DNA of 64,000 nucleotides. Source: Macrostomum lignano (Eukaryota). This document shows, one piece after another, positions 61,852 to 64,000 of the stretch. Where the stretch lies: positions 124,001 through 188,000 of the forward strand of contig NIVC01002003.1 in the NCBI GenBank assembly GCA_002269645.1. Reading direction: 5' to 3'. The first letter of the stretch is position 1, and each line of letters begins with the position of its first letter. The notes under the pieces are model-generated. The model was not told where the DNA came from, did no database searches, and saw only the letters and a program-made list of their open reading frames with translations. Position numbers and translations under genes: made by a program.

Positions 61852-62613
61852 CTAAAGAGTAGGCGCTAGCGAGGCTTCCAGTGCCGTCTTTAGTTGTGGC
61901 CACTGGAGCAGCGCCGGTGAATACTTTCGGACTACTAGTTTTGTCATTTCGTGGCGACTACTCTGTATTCCATGATAGGCCAGCACGTGGGACAAGTAAT
62001 TAAATAACGTGGTGTATATCGCATTGGGTTGCGGGCCCCAAGGGTGAATCAGATTGACGGCTAGAGTACGGCAAAGAACCTTGATTATGACGCAGGTGAA
62101 CGCGTCTTGTTCCCCATAGTGAAAGAAGATTGTTGTGCGGTTACGTAGAATGTTGTAGTCTGAGAGGAGCCATATTGGGTTATTGTCGTCAGCCAGGATG
62201 CGCTTCGTTGTCAAGTGCGTCACTACATTAGCTGGAATTCGTGGCGCATCCAGCATGTCCAGGTGAATATTGAATAGTTTCATCTCACCATGCCGATTGG
62301 GCTTGCTTTGGATGGGCTGTTTGTCCATAAGGTTGTAGAACTCATTGAATGGAAGGTCTTTTTCTCCCCGTTTGTAGCTCTCCCTCAGTGTTGCTGGGCA
62401 TTGCGGCAGTCCGTTTCTCGATCTTCTGATCTCCCATTGGGCTTGGAGATGTCGCCGTTGCTGTTCAGTAGCAGCGCTGTTCCTGAGGTTCGTCTCCTTC
62501 CCGGCTGCCCTGCTTGGTTCTGCCGATGCAAACAGTGGCTTGACTAGGGTATAGGCGTTAATCGGCTCGTCAATGGTACGGTCATCCACTGTGTCTAGCT
62601 CCGTCGAGTACAT
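61852..62613 (-). CDS. Orphan ORF, 253 aa, globular-looking composition
   Basis: 762 nt open in non-repetitive DNA with ordinary amino-acid composition. No family recognised; the ATG follows CAG, so it could be an internal exon. Confidence 0.5.
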   Translation of the reverse strand: MYSTELDTVDDRTIDEPINAYTLVKPLFASAEPSRAAGKETNLRNSAATEQQRRHLQAQWEIRRSRNGLPQCPATLRESYKRGEKDLPFNEFYNLMDKQPIQSKPNRHGEMKLFNIHLDMLDAPRIPANVVTHLTTKRILADDNNPIWLLSDYNILRNRTTIFFHYGEQDAFTCVIIKVLCRTLAVNLIHPWGPQPNAIYTTLFNYLSHVLAYHGIQSSRHEMTKLVVRKYSPALLQWPQLKTALEASLAPTL

Positions 62614-63431
62614 CTGATTGTCCGAAGGGTGGGTTAACTATTTGTGGGTCACTGAGTCTGCATATGCTAACTTACTTAAGCAAGAAAAGATAACAATTAA
62701 TTAAAGACTACAGTTTATTTGAACTAACTTCGAGCATTTTTAGAAGAACCAGAACCAGAAGCAGGCGTAGCCCACATAGCTGCATCTTTATCTCCAGCAG
62801 CAGCAGAGGTAGTGGCTCAGAATCTGAATCTGAGGCAGAATCAGTGGCACTCTAATTGTTCAAGTTGCTCTTGGCACTCTTGCTCAACCTCATCCTGAAT
62901 CTCCAAGTTATCGTTATCTAAGTCACAGTCGGGTAAATCAGAGATGGAGTCGGACATTTTGGTAAAAAATCAACTAGGAAAATAAATAGTCAGTGAATTT
63001 GAAATAGAACAATAGCTATTTTCCACTATAGAAACAACAATAAGCAAATACTTAATAAATAACAAACAGTCAAGCAATTAAGAGTAAAAGAAAACAAGAA
63101 TGAGAAAAAGGCTTTTAGTTTACATGTACGCCATATGGTAGAGAGAAAAATGCAATCGAAGAAATCGAAGAAACACTTTAAATTTTTTAATAAATGTTTT
63201 TAAACAAAAACTTTTCTATAACATTTTGAAAAAAGCAAAATATTATTACTAATAAATTTTTAAACAATAAAAGAGTTTTTTGAAGTTTATATTTGGAAAA
63301 GTATTATTAGTATTATAAATAAATATGGAATTTTTTGAAACTTTTGCTGTCTTTAAAACGCACATCACGTACATATAGTTTTGTAAAAGAAAAATTATTG
63401 CAGTTGGTGCGCTAAAAAAGTTTCTCAAGCT

Positions 63432-63530
63432 CAAAGTGGTACGCCAAAAAATATCTTGAGCTCTAAGTGGTACGCCAAAGTGGTACGCCAAAGTGGTACG
63501 CCAAAACAGCAAAACTCTTAAATGGTACGC
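63432..63530. repeat. 13-bp repeats (AAAGTGGTACGCC), possibly subterminal repeats of a DNA transposon
   Basis: Five GGTACGCC-containing copies, three of them in tandem. Confidence 0.7.
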
Positions 63531-64000
63531 CGGAAAATTACGGCGTACATGTAACCTTCCTGAGTGTGGGTCAATGTCGCGTACACGTAGCAAATAAAGG
63601 GTTGCTACTTAGTATACTTTGTCGCGCCAGACGATGTTGCCAATACGTATTTTGGCGACCGTTGCCAGAGTGTCATTTGGCAACCCATTAGCGACCATAC
63701 CGTTATACCATACCGTATTGAGAGTGGACTGCAACTTGCAAGGGTTGCTTCAGCAGGAGTTTGAACACTGTCAGTGTCCTGAACTGGGTTGCACAAAAAA
63801 TCGCAGGTAATGCTCAATATTGCAAAATTTTTCAATAAAATTCGCTAGCGATAAAAAGTAGAAGCAGTGGCAACACTGGTACACATTTAGTACTGGCCAA
63901 AGAAAAAATAATTGCAGTTTCGACTATTATTATACTTAATAAACAAAGTACTGAGTGCAAATAACAATTTAAACAAAAAACATGCGAGACCCAAGAGTCC

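Overview
Eukaryotic (metazoan) genomic DNA with GT-AG introns, GC-rich exons and many tandem repeats. The style suggests an invertebrate such as the flatworm Macrostomum, but that is inference only. Host genes reconstructed by hand from splice sites and reading phases: (1) the 3' four exons of a neuroligin (5.8-13.6 kb, +) whose introns are almost wholly satellite DNA; (2) four predicted secreted-protein genes that share an N-terminal PAN/apple-like module. Three are fused to an F-type (fucose-binding) lectin domain (17.6-18.9 kb -, 20.4-21.6 kb + frameshifted, 31.3-32.3 kb -) and one to an ALK/LTK-type glycine-rich domain (47.9-49.7 kb -). The rest is mobile DNA and repeats: two decayed RTE-like LINEs inside a ~5-6 kb inverted paralogous block, three solo-LTR-like elements (two with 4-bp TSDs), a Tc1/IS630-like deletion derivative with 45-bp TIRs, several MITEs (one of which appears to have spawned a minisatellite), a six-intron hAT-like transposase pseudogene (56.5-59.7 kb -), a compact cassette of orphan intronless ORFs (61.1-62.6 kb) and more than 12 mini/microsatellite arrays. 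Most long ORFs in the supplied track are artefacts of tandem repeats. No rRNA, bona fide tRNA or CRISPR array was seen.
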